A DNA stretch of 58,254 nt from Chromera velia (lineage: Eukaryota). The notes below the pieces were generated by a model that worked only from the letters and a program-made list of their open reading frames with translations, did not search any database and had not been told where the DNA came from. The stretch is from contig JAHBMJ010000055.1 of the NCBI GenBank assembly GCA_018398765.1, positions 1-58,254 on the forward strand, written 5' to 3'. This document shows positions 26,660 to 39,827 of this stretch, one piece after another (the stretch's first letter is position 1; each line of letters begins with the position of its first letter). A program made the position numbers and the translations under genes.

Positions 26660-27480
26660 TATATATTTTATTTATAAGAGTAAATTAAATCAACATATTT
26701 TGTCTTTGTTTGCTTAATTATTTTTTTTATTAGAAAAATTTGGAATCGATTAGAACTAGGATTAGAATGATAACGTCATGATTTTTTTTAAAAAAATATT
26801 TTTCTGTCTTTCTATGAAGGCTAATTTTTTTCTATACTTTTCTTTTCTTTTTTTTTTCTTAAAGAAAAGTTTAATTGTGGATTGTATACGTTTATGTATG
26901 TCGTTTTCTTGTTAATCGATTCTTTAAGTATTAATTATTAAACTAAGTATAATGAACTATATAATTAACTGATATTTAAAAAGAGGTCCCCTATAAGATT
27001 CCCCTTTCAAAATTCAAACTTTCTCCTAATTTTAAATCAAAATTAAAAATTGAAGATTCAAAGTTTCTCCTATAATCTATATTTAATGCTCCTGCGGAGC
27101 ATGCCGTGGCCCCGTTGAAAAGGGGAAACCGGGGGTCGCGCATTATCGCGTATGAAGGCCTAAATACGACTAAAAATTAGTCTGAAATTCTTACTTATAG
27201 TTATAGTAAATCGATCTGCAAATTGTCTACAATACATATTCTTTACCTGAGTTTATAAAAGTAATTTACCATATTTTTTCTAACATTTTTAAAAAGGAAA
27301 AAATGATGATCTAGAGAATGATTGACTCGTTTTCTAGTTAACATGATCTCTCAATATACTAATAACTTGATTAGGTTCGATACGAAAACACAGTAAAGGT
27401 ATCTGTGAAAAGGCCCCAGACATAAAGGACGGTCCGAAGACCGGGGAGGAGTGAGCCAACAGTATTTGACCTAGTCTTTG
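26660..27480. other. AT-rich non-coding island with two short GC-rich hairpin patches
   Basis: Sharp compositional shift and no ORF of 60 aa or more. Hairpins ATGCTCC-TGC-GGAGCAT (about 27086-27102) and CGGTC-CGAA-GACCG (27430-27443). Confidence 0.5.
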
Positions 27481-27758
27481 ACAGTGTATTACAGTGTCTG
27501 CATATATGTCTGCATCACTTACACAATAGTTACTCTTTCATCATCTTTCACCCTTTGTTCTAGCCTTTGTCTCTCGATCTTGCTGTCTGTCTGAGACACT
27601 GTCAGTTTCTCTACTTCAGTCTGGGTGCATCGGCCTCGATCTCTTTCTCCTATGCAGAACCGTACATCCATCTGGCTCTTTCCCTCTCTCGCTCTCTATC
27701 TCTCCCTGATCATGAGTCTTCGTCTGTCACCTGTCTGCTAACATGCGCACGTACACAC

Positions 27759-27793
<35 letters not shown>

Positions 27794-27811
27794 TACACAC
27801 ACTCACGTACA

Positions 27812-27863
<52 letters not shown>

Positions 27864-27988
27864 AAGTTCACACTCTCACCGCTACATCGCACGTACACAT
27901 AAGCATGCACATTACTCAGACTGACATTGCCAAGCTCGCACAGGTATAGATCGCATACGCACGGACGGAGACACACACACACACATAC

Positions 27989-28038
<50 letters not shown>

Positions 28039-29552
28039 CGGAAGATCAGATAGGGACGTGCTAAGGAATGTTCCCTTTCCTTCAAAGTTTCTAAGGCTTT
28101 TATTTCATTCACAGACTGATACGCAGAACATTCAAAATTGTGCAGTGCAAAAAGAGTCTCAGCACTCCTGCACTCAATCAACGTGTACCCAGTCACTCAA
28201 AGGAGACGAATTTCAATATACACATAGCCTAAAAGACACAGAAAAATGTGGAACGGAGAAAGCCGGACAGAGCACACGAAGATAAAACCACATCACAGAC
28301 TGGCATCCACGCACATAAATACCGGAAAAATTTGTCTACAGGGGCACCGTGCATCGAAACGAGTATCGTGGACAGCAACGGGCTAGGCAACGGGGGGATA
28401 CTTTAAGACAGACATGTAGACGGACACGGAAACCCAACACACCCATTTACTCAAAGACACAAGGATTCACAGCCCAAAGTCAGTACAGACAGGAAATCAC
28501 ATATATTGCATGGCAGGCTCAAACAGGGTGAATAGAGCTAGAGGAAAGCCATAGGCGCCCGGGTTCAGCAGCTCGCTCGCGGCAGAGAGTCGCATGCGCT
28601 TGCTAGCAGATTGTCTCTGACTGTCTCCCTTTCATTTATGGAGTCAAATAAACAGGAGGAATACGAAGACAGGAACAGATTGACCACTCACCTTTCCTTG
28701 GAGCAGGACAGGTGGAGACCTGACCAAAGGGCAGATCTGCTTAGTCCGGAAACAATATGAAACTCACAACAGACAGATTGAGACGCGCGGAGACGGCGTT
28801 TGAAGAGTAGTGTTTTCACCCAGCTCTCACTCACTGTCACGCCCACGTCCGTCATTAAGTTGAAGATTTCCCTCATCTGCTCACCCACATTACAAAGTCT
28901 GACAAAGCTGTCGAACAGCGCATCTGATAGCGCATCTGAATTCAGACCTCAGAGGCGGTCGAATTCAATCATTTCAATCAATGACATGCATGCGCAAAAT
29001 TTTTACTGCGCGGTCCCGTAAGGCGTTTGCGACCCGAAATGTGAGGAAGTACGTAAGTGGCGCGCGTGCGAAATTCGGTGTAGGGGGCGGGGCTCACCTT
29101 TACTTTTTTCCTTTCGGTTTGGGCTACAGATACCGTGGCTCGGGGGCCACGGCATATCCTCCTCATTGCGCCGCGTCGGCGCCGCGTCTTTTGCGGACCC
29201 GGCCAAGAAAGTCATGACCGATACGCATGAGTGTACGTCATTCAAATGAGACCTTGATGCTTGACAGAAGCCGACATCGAAGCTCTTCGGTCTTCCAGTC
29301 GTCACACAGTGACAAGAAGTCTCCGCAATTCTTTGTGACCACGCAAGTGTTCCAACGAAATCTGTGCCCGTCTGACGGCTGCATGGATTCTTTATTCCAA
29401 CAAGAGGTACCAGACTGAGTGATCTAGCTAGTGCGCGAAGCAAACAGACGAGCAGAGGAGTGCCGAAGAGAGGCGCTCTCCTCTCACCCACAGTCTGCCC
29501 CTTGCTTTCATTGCGTAGGTAACCGAGCCAACTGACTTCTGCAGCAAGACCG

Positions 29553-31689
29553 ATGGCGGCCATAGACCCCGAGCCGGGCACAAGAGACCTGAGGGTCCGT
29601 CTGATTGCAGACGGAGGGGATGGGGGGGACTCGCCCTCCCGTTCCTCTGCAAGAGGAGGCACGAGTGACTCGGAGAGGACGCGTGTATCGATTGCAAAGG
29701 AGAGTTTCATCCATGAGGAGGCAGAGGAGGATGTCCCCGTGCTTCCAGAAGACAAGGCCAAAGGGTCCACTGTTCCGGCAGCCATCAGCGTGCTTGCAAA
29801 GACCATTCTTGGCGTCGGATTACTGTCTTTGTCAAGTGCGTTGAAGGCAGTAGGCATCGTTTATGCACTTTTACTACTCTTTCTTGCAAGTTGTTTGAGT
29901 TCCTTCTCCCTCCACCTGCTTGGTGAGACGGCCCTAAAGGAGGGCGGCAACCAGGTGACCTTCTATGGAGTGGCTTCCAATCTGTTCCCCCCCCTTCGGT
30001 ATGTTCTTGACTTGGTCATTGCCTTCAAATGCATCGGCGTGGCAATCAGCTACCTGATGGTGATCGCCTCCTCAGTCACAGACCTTCTCATCCTCGCCTT
30101 TCCGGCCCTAGGGTACCCAGACTTAGACGAAGCAGCACGCAACAGAAAGATCAGAGCACTACGAGCATGGGCTCTGATCACCTGCGTGGTTTTCCTGGTT
30201 GCTCCCACTTCCCTTCCCAAGCGCATTCGATCTCTTCGGTATACTAACTACCTTGCTTTATTTGGGATGCTGTACTTTACTGCGTTTGTGATCATCTACT
30301 ACTTTTCCGTTCTCGCCTCCGGAGGGGAGACTAGAGGGTCCGAGGTGGTCTTCTTTCGGAACGATCCGTTCGAAATGCTCCGGGTGCTTCCGATCTTCAT
30401 TTTCTCCTTCACATGCCATCAAAACATGTTCACCATCTGCAACGAACTACGGGTCCGTCAGGCTGGCTGGCTGCATGTCCTTTTTCGTCTCTGCGTATCT
30501 GCCTGCTCACCTTTCTGTCTGTTGATGTAAAGAAGAACAAAAGGTACAAAGAAGAAAATTTAGCCTGCCGCCAGCCTTTCTGAGGGGATGCTAATGTAAC
30601 GTTTGCTTCACCTTGTTGGGTTCCTTCGTCTGGATCTTCATTTCTCTATGCCTCTCCTTTCTCTCTTGTCCGTGTGTCTGCCTTCATGCGACACAGCGTA
30701 CCTGTCTTGTCTGCGGCTTTCTCTACTCATTCATTCGCATACCGCGGCTGAGTGAAGTGGAGACGACAGGAGGGGTGATGACGGATGTCCCGTTCCTTCT
30801 ACCTCTCTTCCTTCATCTGTCCTGTTTTGTTTCCGTGCTCCCTCCAAAGGCGACTGACCTCTTTCCCTACAGAATTACTCGACGGATCATCTATCTCTCT
30901 ATCTGAGTTCTCTTCTCTTCTCCTCTGCTCTCCTGTATGGACAACGTGCCAACAGATTAATTGCGTCAAAGTTCCTTCTTGCCGCGTACAAATGCTAATC
31001 GGTTCTGCTTCCTCCTTGCTGGTCTATCTGCCCGCAGAATCGGTCAATCGGGAAGGTGAACACCGTCATTGTTGGTTCTGTGGCCGCCTCGTTGTGCGTG
31101 TACATCGGACCTGCCGTGTGCGGGTACCTCCAATTCGGCAACGCGACCACCGACAACCTGCTGCGGAATTATGACAGCAGCGCCACAGAAGGCAACGGAG
31201 TGGCGAAGGTCGCAGTGCTCACTTGTCAGTTCTTCGCAAAAGGAGAGATGATCTTCGTTTGCTGGCTGAATAAATGGGGAACGAACAGAAAGATTGCAGA
31301 TTTGTCAGTCTCCCAATCACTACGGAGCTGTTCATTTTCCATTCCTCCTGCGTCATGTGCTGAGGGGAGCTTCACGCCACCCAAGGGTTCTGACAAAGTC
31401 ATGGGTTGTGACGCCACCCAAGGCTGCGTCATGTGGTTGTGACAAAGTTGATACAGAGACAAGTCAATCAAGTAGAGATCTGTGTGTGCGGGATGGGGGG
31501 TGGGGGAGCGGGGGCATGCACGCACGCGCGGTTGTCTATGTGTCAATTTGTGCGTTCCCCTTTTTTTCATTCGCTGTTTCTCTGCGTGAGTGCAGGCAAA
31601 GTTCTCATGGCAGTCGCCTTCATCTTCACTTACCCTCTTCAGTGCCATCCGGCAAGAACATCTCTCCGTGTGGTCATCTGGAGGTCAGA

Positions 31690-31743
<54 letters not shown>

Positions 31744-31883
31744 GTCTGTCCGTCCGCCGTTTTGCTTGTTTCGGTTTTCCCTCCCTGCAATGTGGGGGGG
31801 TTGTGAGGGGACTTGGAAGTGTTCCTGTGTCTTCTGCTCTCCCTCTCTCTCTCTCTCTTTGTGTGTGTATATCGATGTGTATT

Positions 31884-31917
<34 letters not shown>

Positions 31918-32450
31918 CCGAAAATTGGACCAACAGTGGGGGGAAAGAACTGGGGTGGGCTGAATGCCTGCCTGCGAACACGAAGAGGCTGAGTAAGTGT
32001 CTCAAGAAAATTTACCGGTGAAAATTGGGAGAGAGCACATAAATCAATACGCCTCCTCTCACAACGAAGCCCTTCTGCTTTTCCCCTCCGTTTGGGCATT
32101 TTTTGTGTTTTGTCTTCTCCGTTCTCCCAACTCTTCTGACTGTCTCTCTGTCTGTCTGCCTGCTTGAAGAAACATATAGTCTGTCTGGCTTTCTGTGTGT
32201 CTGCAGAGACGCCGAACTCTCGAGGCAACAAGAGCGGTGGATTCTCAGGTGAGTCGGATTCTGAGGAGGGGGAGGCTGGAAGAAGACGTGGAGAAGAGAG
32301 TGTCGGGCATACGGGCAGATTGGGGTTGTAGAAAAGAAGGTCAAGGCGGGAGGAGAGATCAAAGGGGGGAAAAGGGAGGACAGCAAGGAGCAAAGGAAAG
32401 GAACGAAGGGAGACGGCGAAGAAGAAAGATGATATCGTGATAGCCTGGGT

Positions 32451-32498
<48 letters not shown>

Positions 32499-32505
32499 AT
32501 AAGAT

Positions 32506-32544
<39 letters not shown>

Positions 32545-32795
32545 TTGCTCGGTCTTTACTCTCTTGCCTCATCCGGCTAGAAGAATGTAGTCAAAGAAAG
32601 GAGGGGCTTCATTCGATTTTGTTTTAAGATCGATCTTGCCTCCGTTGTGCGTTTTGGCTCTTGTCCGGTTTCGATTGTGTTGGACAGAAAGTGAGCAGAA
32701 AGTGTTTCAGTGGTTTGCTTGATGAAGCAAAGGACTGTATGGGTCAAGGAAGAACTTTGTGCCTGAAATTCGTCCTTCCTTCCTGTTGGTTGATC

Positions 32796-32843
<48 letters not shown>

Positions 32844-33316
32844 TGTGTCTGTCTGTCTGTCTGCAGGGGTTTGACTGTGGCGATTCTCGTGGTGACAACC
32901 GCTATCGCATGTTTGGTGGAAAATATGCAATTCATTTTGGCAGTGGTGAGTCGTCAAGAGAAAGAAATCAAACACGAGAGAGACTTGACTTTGTTTGGGG
33001 CACGTGGGGGATGTATGGCAAGGTTTGGCAGGCAGCTAGCTAGCTTCGTGAGGTTGTGGTGGTGAAATCTTGCCGTGTCATGCGAAGGTTTTTGTCATTG
33101 CAATCGGATTCAGATGGATCCTGTGAGTCAGTGTTCTCATCGCACACTCACTCATTCTCGTGCTTGATTAATTGATTCATTCATTCATTGATACGGGCTT
33201 GTCCTCCTTTCTTGGCGCCTCCCTCTCTCTCCTTTTGTCTCTTTGTCTTGGTTCAGGGGTGCATGAGAATGGAGTTTATGTGCGGATGCATGTACTGAAT
33301 ATGTATGTGCGTGCGG

Positions 33317-33356
<40 letters not shown>

Positions 33357-34344
33357 ATGCAACGCCGCGATGCAGGTTGGTGCCGTGGGGTCGAACTCCA
33401 TTTGCTACATTATGCCGGCAATGATCTACATCAAAATGTTTGAGTCTGACGGGTGGACGGTGAAAAGGTGAGTGAGGGAGTGATTGTGTTGATGGTTGGT
33501 GATAAGATGTGCTCATGAGGAGCTAGTCACTTCTTGCATCTCTTTTTCTCTTTCTCTGTCCCTCTGCATGATCCTTTCTTTGTACCTTCAATGACTTGTC
33601 GGATTAGTGGGCAGGAAGGAGAAAAACGGAATTGAGAAAAGAGGTGAGGCGATCCGCTTTTTGTTGTGTGTCGTGTCTCCCCAGGTTTCGCTCTGTCTGT
33701 CTCTCTGTCTGCGCATTCACGGGGATCGGTGTGCGATGCAGCTACGCATTCATTCCTGTCCTTTTGTGGAATCTGTTTCCTTCCGCAACGAGTGATTCGA
33801 TCAGCAGAATCCTTTTCCTTCCGCAACGAGTGATTCGATCAGCAGAAAAGGATCACAGGGGAGGGGAGAGAAAGTTTTGTTTCACCTAGGCGACTGCGAG
33901 GAATGAGTGGGGATGCGTCGAGAATCCCCAACAAGGAATGAATGAGAAAGACAGGAAGGAGCCAGGAGCCTCCTTTTGTTTTCGAAAATAATTCCATCGG
34001 AAGAAAGACGAAGGGTTCCCGCATTCATTTGTTTTCATACAGAATTCTTTTTATGTATGTGTGTATGTATCTTTATGTATGAAAAAGAATTCTGCATGAA
34101 AATAATTCCATCGGAAGAAAGACGAAGGGTTCCCGAGCCACATGCTCGTACTGATTCTCCGTTTTCACCTCACCTTCCTACACTCCCTTCACTTTCCAGG
34201 CTTCATATTTCTTCCTCTCTTCTCTCTGTGTGCAGAATTCTATCGGTGGTCCTTTTGGCGATTGGTGTCGTCATCATGCCCCTCTGTCTGTACGCAGAAA
34301 TATCCGAAGTATTCAAAAAGAACAACCTCGAAAATCACGAGTAA
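29553..34344 (+). CDS. Amino-acid transporter, AAAP/Aa_trans family (AVT5-7/SLC38-like), 7 exons
   Basis: Exons 29553-30452, 31038-31224, 31596-31683, 32207-32248, 32867-32945, 33376-33467, 34236-34344, all phase-consistent. Motifs KTILGVGLLSL, LPIFIFSFTCHQN, GYLQFG, YPLQCHPAR and VGAVGSNSICYIMP; many hydrophobic segments. Confidence 0.93.
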
Positions 34345-35589
34345 AAGGAGACGTACAGGCAAAGAAAGGCCGGTGCAGAGAAATGAAATGAAGAAGAAAG
34401 GGAGAGAACAACGCGCCGCATTGTCCGACCGTCTTTTCATAACTGACTCACGCGGTTTCTTCTTGCCTTTTTTTTTTTTGTGCTTCCTTTCTTTCCTTCT
34501 TTTTTCTTGCCTCTCTTCAATGCAGAACTCTTCCTCTCTGCCCGCGTGCGTCTGTCTCTGCACAAACCCAGGGAAGAACAAGTGAAGATTAGTTGGAACA
34601 GAACGGAAGAAAATCAAAGCCATCAGGCACGGAGGGCGTGAAAAGCCTAGCAATAGAAAAGAAAAGAAGATAAAGTGCTAGACTGACAGGCAAAAGGGGC
34701 GAAAGAGACTGATGAAGCGATGCATCCAACGGGATGACAGAAAAGGAATTCAAATTCATGAAGGAAAGGGGAGTACAGAGCAATAGACAGCGCCCAACAA
34801 AAACGTACAGCTGTAAGGATGCCATGCAGAGGTGAAGCGCGACTTCGTCTACGAACAATGATGAAAAATAGCAATGAAAAGACTCGAACGGAATGAAATA
34901 CAGGTCGTTTGTAGAATTCAGTCGAATTCAGCTCACAAATTTGGGACTGCTCAGGGCTCATGCAGAAGTCGAGAACAAAAAGCAAGCCGCATGTATACTA
35001 CTTTATGATGCGATTGGATGGACAGATGGGCATTGACTTTGACGCCGTTATTGAGTGAATTGTTCATGGACGCAAAAAGCGGCAATACCGCAATAAATTA
35101 TAAAATACATAAAATTCTTGGTCTATATACTACTTTCTATCAGACTCTAGGTCAGACGGACCTGAAACTATATAGTCTAAGGTCTGGATTAAATGAATAA
35201 CCCCAAGAGCTTAACCTGGAATTTTACCTTGAATAACAAATATCAAATATTTGAGCTTGAAGCTCAAATCAAATCTAGAATCAAATCAAATCAAATATAA
35301 TTGATTGATTGATTCAAATCAAACATGATCACTAATAGCGCTATCTTCAGTGGGCTGTTTTCTTATTTGATTTTGTTTCGCATGCGGGCGGCGGCCCCGG
35401 CATCAATAACCCCCCCCCCCGCCCATGGTGGCGCCGGACTGGGGACTTAATTCTGATATTAACAGTCTCTCAGCACAACCAGTCTGAGTCTCTTCAAGTA
35501 GCTTCAGTGAAGTGCCTTGACCCTCACGGTACTTTTTTTTTCGAAAAAATGAGCAGGGGCGGTTCTGGAAGTCCCTTTTTCCTCTTGTC

Positions 35590-37140
35590 ATGTCTGAAGA
35601 TGCTTTTCAGAGGGCAAAGGAGTTTGGGAATGCCATCCAGCTCCTCAATGCTGATTCCCTTCTAGTTGCTAGATTGAAGGGGACATCAGTCCGGTTGGCT
35701 CCAAGCACTGAGCGCGATCTAGAGGGCGCGGTGCGGAGAGGATTAATCACCTGTGCGGCCAGAGTCCATTCGTTTGTTGTTCGACATGTTGTTCTGTCTC
35801 TGTTCCGAAGGACAAGCATTGGGCCGCGGGAGAAGCCTAGACGGGTTCCCATCCTCTCCGCCCTCAGGACAGTGGCCACGGAAAGTATATGGCAGCGCCT
35901 ACAGCCCAGACGGATGTATGAAGAGAATCGGCGGTGGGCCTTCAAGTGTATGACCCAGGGGCAGAAGGGCGTCCTCATGCTGTCTCTTAAGTACTATTTA
36001 TTGCAACTGACTGGAAAGTTTGAGGCGACATTTTTGACCAGAGAGGCCCTTTGGAGATGCATCGGGGGGGAGGGGGGGACTGAGAGGTCGAGAGAGTTGC
36101 GTCCTCTTTGGAGAAGTCGGACAGAGGCCCACTTTCTCCAGGTAGTGGCGCCTGAGGGGGTCCCGACTGATAACTTCCGAAAGATGGTCAGTCTGTCCGC
36201 TGGCCTTCTAACGCCTTCTGGGGCTGGCATCCCCTTACCACTGCTTGCATATAAAGACTCATTTGACTTCTGTTTCTCTTTCTGTGTCTTCTGTGCAGAT
36301 GGATGCCCCCCTCATCTTCGTTATCCGTGGGGAGGCCCTGACTTTTTTGTTTGGAAAGGCAAGGCGGGAGCTGGGACTGGGGGTCCACCTTAAGGACATC
36401 TTTGGGGCCTCGTTCCCCGCGGGGCCTGTGCAGAGAACAATCGACGCCGTGCTTTACATCGTGATGGGGAGCCTTGCAAGCTAAGGGCGGGTTGACGTCG
36501 GGCTGTCGTACACCATCCAGAATGTCCTCCAACCTTCCGTCCCGGCTCCTTCTTCTGCTCCCATCCCGGCTCCTTCTGATGACCAAGAGATGCCTCAGGT
36601 TGGTCAGCTAGTTAGGTTTTGGGGCTGGCATCACCTTACCACTGCTTGCATTGATGCAGTCAGCCAGTCGGCTAGTCAGTTAGTCAATAATTGAGAGATC
36701 ATGCATGCATGTGTTTCTCAGTTGAGTTGAGTTAGTCAGTTTCTGGGCTAGTCAGGTTGCATATGTCAGCTCATGGTTCATACATGAATGCAATGTTTGC
36801 TCATACATAAATGCAGACAGAGGCGCAGGGACAGACTGACGAGCACAGAGACGAGCACACAGGCGCCACTGACCCTCTGCATGAAGGTACGCGCCATCAC
36901 CTTTTTGATATCAAGTATCGAAAAGGCACAACGCCCGGTCACGCTTTCTCCATCACATGCAGTACACTGACAGTCACACTGACAGTCACACTCATACGTA
37001 CTCGATCACGTACACATGCAGGCGCCATGCATTCAAATTCATACTCACACTTGCACTTACATGAACGTGCAGACACGTCAGGAGTGGACGTGGACGATGA
37101 GGAAATCGACGCCGAGGAAGGGCTTGGATCTTACCCCTGA
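35590..37140 (+). pseudogene. Transposon second gene, unknown protein, 4 exons, internal TAA at 36482-36484
   Basis: Phase-consistent exons 35590-36186, 36299-36598, 36817-36886, 37073-37140. The frame continues past the TAA to a donor and ends DVDDEEIDAEEGLGSYP*. No domain recognised. Confidence 0.55.
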
Positions 37141-37156
37141 GTCAGTCATGCATGCA

Positions 37157-39827
37157 TCAACCCATGTCAACATCCCCCTCTTCCTCCCCTTCTGATTCAC
37201 TTGCTTGCACTTCCTCTCCCTCCTGTCCTCTCTCGCCTCCTTTATCCTCCATATCCCCTTCTTCCCTCAATTCCCCCCCCTCCCCTTCGGAATCGATTTC
37301 CACAGCAGGAGGGGCCTCAGACTCGCTGCTCGAAAAAGCTTCCACAGGAGTCATCTCATCCTCTGCAATCACATCCAACCGAGTCTTCCCCATGCCATCC
37401 ACCCGTGCGTTGATGCTTGTGTCGTTGATAGCAAGGAAAGCCCCCAGAAGGTTGCGAACAGCAATCTGTATGCCTGTGTCTCCTTGTGTGTTGGGGAGGG
37501 GTTTCGCTCCGTGACTTGCAGCACCTGTGGGGGCAAAAGCCTCTGCAACCATTCTATTGAATGCCTCATGTGCCTGATGCTGAAGTATTTTGCGAAAGAT
37601 CGGTAGTAGTAAAGGAAATAGTAGAAGGATTCGAGAAGATAGAGAGTGGCTGGGTACTGCTGTCCTGGATGCATTTCAAGCCACACCCTCTTGAAGTCGC
37701 GAACGGCCTTGGGGTAGCGAGCGATGTTTTCGTCGGAGGGGGCTGTTTGTCTGAGGGTGTGGAGGCAAAAGAAGAATGCAGAGAGACCTGAAAGCACTCT
37801 GTCGGTCTGTGGATATCCTGCAAGCGCCATCATGTTTTTGTGCTCTTTTGAGAACTCGACATAGTCTCTCCCTTGCAGTGAAAAATCTGGCCACCTCCAC
37901 TCTCCTTCGTCCAGAATAGGCACCATTGTGGTTCGATTTCGAATGATCTTCTGCCCAAATTCATCTTGCAGACAATGAAGGGTTTTTCGTCCGCACTTTC
38001 CATCTGCTGTGCAGTTGCATGGGTGGCCACAGAGGGTGGTGGTTTTTGCTTGAATGTCTGTTGCTTCAGTCGCATCATCCCACTCCTCCCCTCCTTCCAT
38101 TTCTTCCTCTTCGTCTGCTCCTGCGGCAGCCGCCGCTCCCTCCCCCCCTGCCCCCCCTTCACACTGCTTGCACTTGCACTTTTCCTGCTCCCACATATAC
38201 GAGCGCAGCCCCCTTGTCACCGCCTCTGTCCCCCTCATTGCGAAGTGCAAACAGTCAGGGCAGACACGCTCGCCGAAACAGGCAGGCCAGAGAGACTCGC
38301 GCAGGGAGCCCATTTTCTTTTTGGCACAGGTCGTCGTGTGGGACCCAGGCCTCTTCTGTCCTTGCTTTGTGTTTTTGCAGTTGCAAAGCTTGGAGACCAA
38401 TTCTGCATGTTTTTTTGCTGTGCGTGTGAACGGTGCAGGAAAGTAGACACCAGGCGTGGGATGGTTGGGACACCCGACGAGCCGGAAACGGAGGACCTCC
38501 TCTTTGCGGGGAATGCAACTGCAGTCTCGTCTGACTCTATGTCTTGAACAAACTCGCTCTTTTCATGACTTTGCATTTAATGTGTTTACGATGCATGAAC
38601 ATGCCTTCCTAGGATAGAAAGGCATATTCTTCTCGCATGTTTCAAGCTTTTCAATCTCTTCTTTACTATCTAGGGTGAAATAGGAGGGGAAGCTCCCTGT
38701 GGCCCCCACAGTTCCGCACATTTTAGCAAAAGCAGACTGATCAGCTGTCCCCCACCAGGTCACTTTCACCTTTTTTCCCTTATAGGGTCCCTTAGGCACC
38801 TCCACTCCCCCATTGACTGCATTGATCCCCTCTAGCAGCTCTTTTGACTTGAAAAGAGCTTCTAGGGTATCCCTCCCCTCCTGCAGACACCTAGACAGGC
38901 AGGCACCTAGACAGATAAGGCAGCTAGACATATACCATGCAGACTGCTCGATCATGCATACATTGTGACTGGCCAGAGAGATGTGGTGGTGGAGTTGGTG
39001 GCTGCCCTGCCAGACCGAAGGAAGGGCCGGCAATCTGCTCGGAAGAGGCGGCACCGCGCGACGACGCACTCACAGAGGCAGAAGGAGAGGCCTCACGGTC
39101 GCTACCCTCCTCCTCTGAGACAATGTCGACGCCCCCCCCCTCTTCGCTCTCCTCATCTCCCCCTTGCCCCGCCTGCACCTTCCTCTTCTTCGATCGCGCC
39201 CTCTTCGTTGGAGAGGTGCATGCATGCTTCCTTCAGGCCTCGAGGGAGAGCTTGCACGGATGGCAGACTCTCATCCGGACGTCGTGGAGCTCGGCCTTCT
39301 TCTTCCGGACCGAGCATCTCTGGCATGGCAAGCCAGTGGTGCCCTCTGGGCAGCCCATCCTACTCCAATGAGAGGGGGCGGAGGAAGCCGCACGCGACAG
39401 CGAGCTTGCCGATACTGAGGCAGCCACCGAACCTGCAAAAAAGCATAGAGAAAGTCAAAAACGATGAAACAACTGTTGCTTGCTGCAGCTTGATATGCCT
39501 TTGAGTCGATTATTCGCAGAAACAGACGGATATCTGACATGATTTCATGTCATATGACTGACCACTGAGCTGCCGAGGGTCCTGGGCGAAGTCGTAGTCG
39601 TGGTCTTGGCCACGCAGATGCAACCAGTCTTGATCTAGACGCTGCCTTCTACTCCTCCAAACACCTGAAGGGTCATCTTTTACTCTGGAAACCGGACCAG
39701 TGGTCCTCGGCGCAGCTGACTGGGGGATACCAACAGCTGCAGGCTGTCTGTCTGTCTTTGTACGACCCCTGCCTTGCGTTTGGGGGGGATCGGGCTCTTC
39801 GAAGCCCTCGCCGTCTCTTCCTGACAT
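37157..39827 (-). pseudogene. Decayed DDE transposase of the RAG1/Transib/Chapaev type
   Basis: Exon 39563-39827, exon from 39432, and last exon 37157-38880. Motifs in the expected order: VKVTWWGTADQSAFAKMCG..G..GSFP (second Asp), RT, VCPDCLHFAMR, FSLQGRD, AVRDFKRVWLEMHP..YPATLY, then after a frameshift near 37590 QHQAHEAFNR (catalytic Glu; compare RAG1 SEGNESGNK); acidic tail. In-frame TGA at 39233-39235 and 38563-38565. The first catalytic Asp was not located. Confidence 0.68.

Noticed and set aside
28688..28990. Minus-strand short ORF ending at a strong AAG|GTGAGT donor, divergent from the transporter
   Set aside because: In-frame TGA upstream, no recognisable motif and no convincing downstream exon; it could be a non-coding transcript but this is unsupported.
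35590..37140. RAG2-like identity for the transposon partner gene
   Set aside because: No kelch GG repeats or PHD Cys pattern; only the orientation and an acidic tail are reminiscent.
38563..39235. Stop-codon reassignment explaining the in-frame TGAs
   Set aside because: The same element also has a TAA and a frameshift, and genes in the window end at TAA, TAG and TGA; decay is the simpler explanation.
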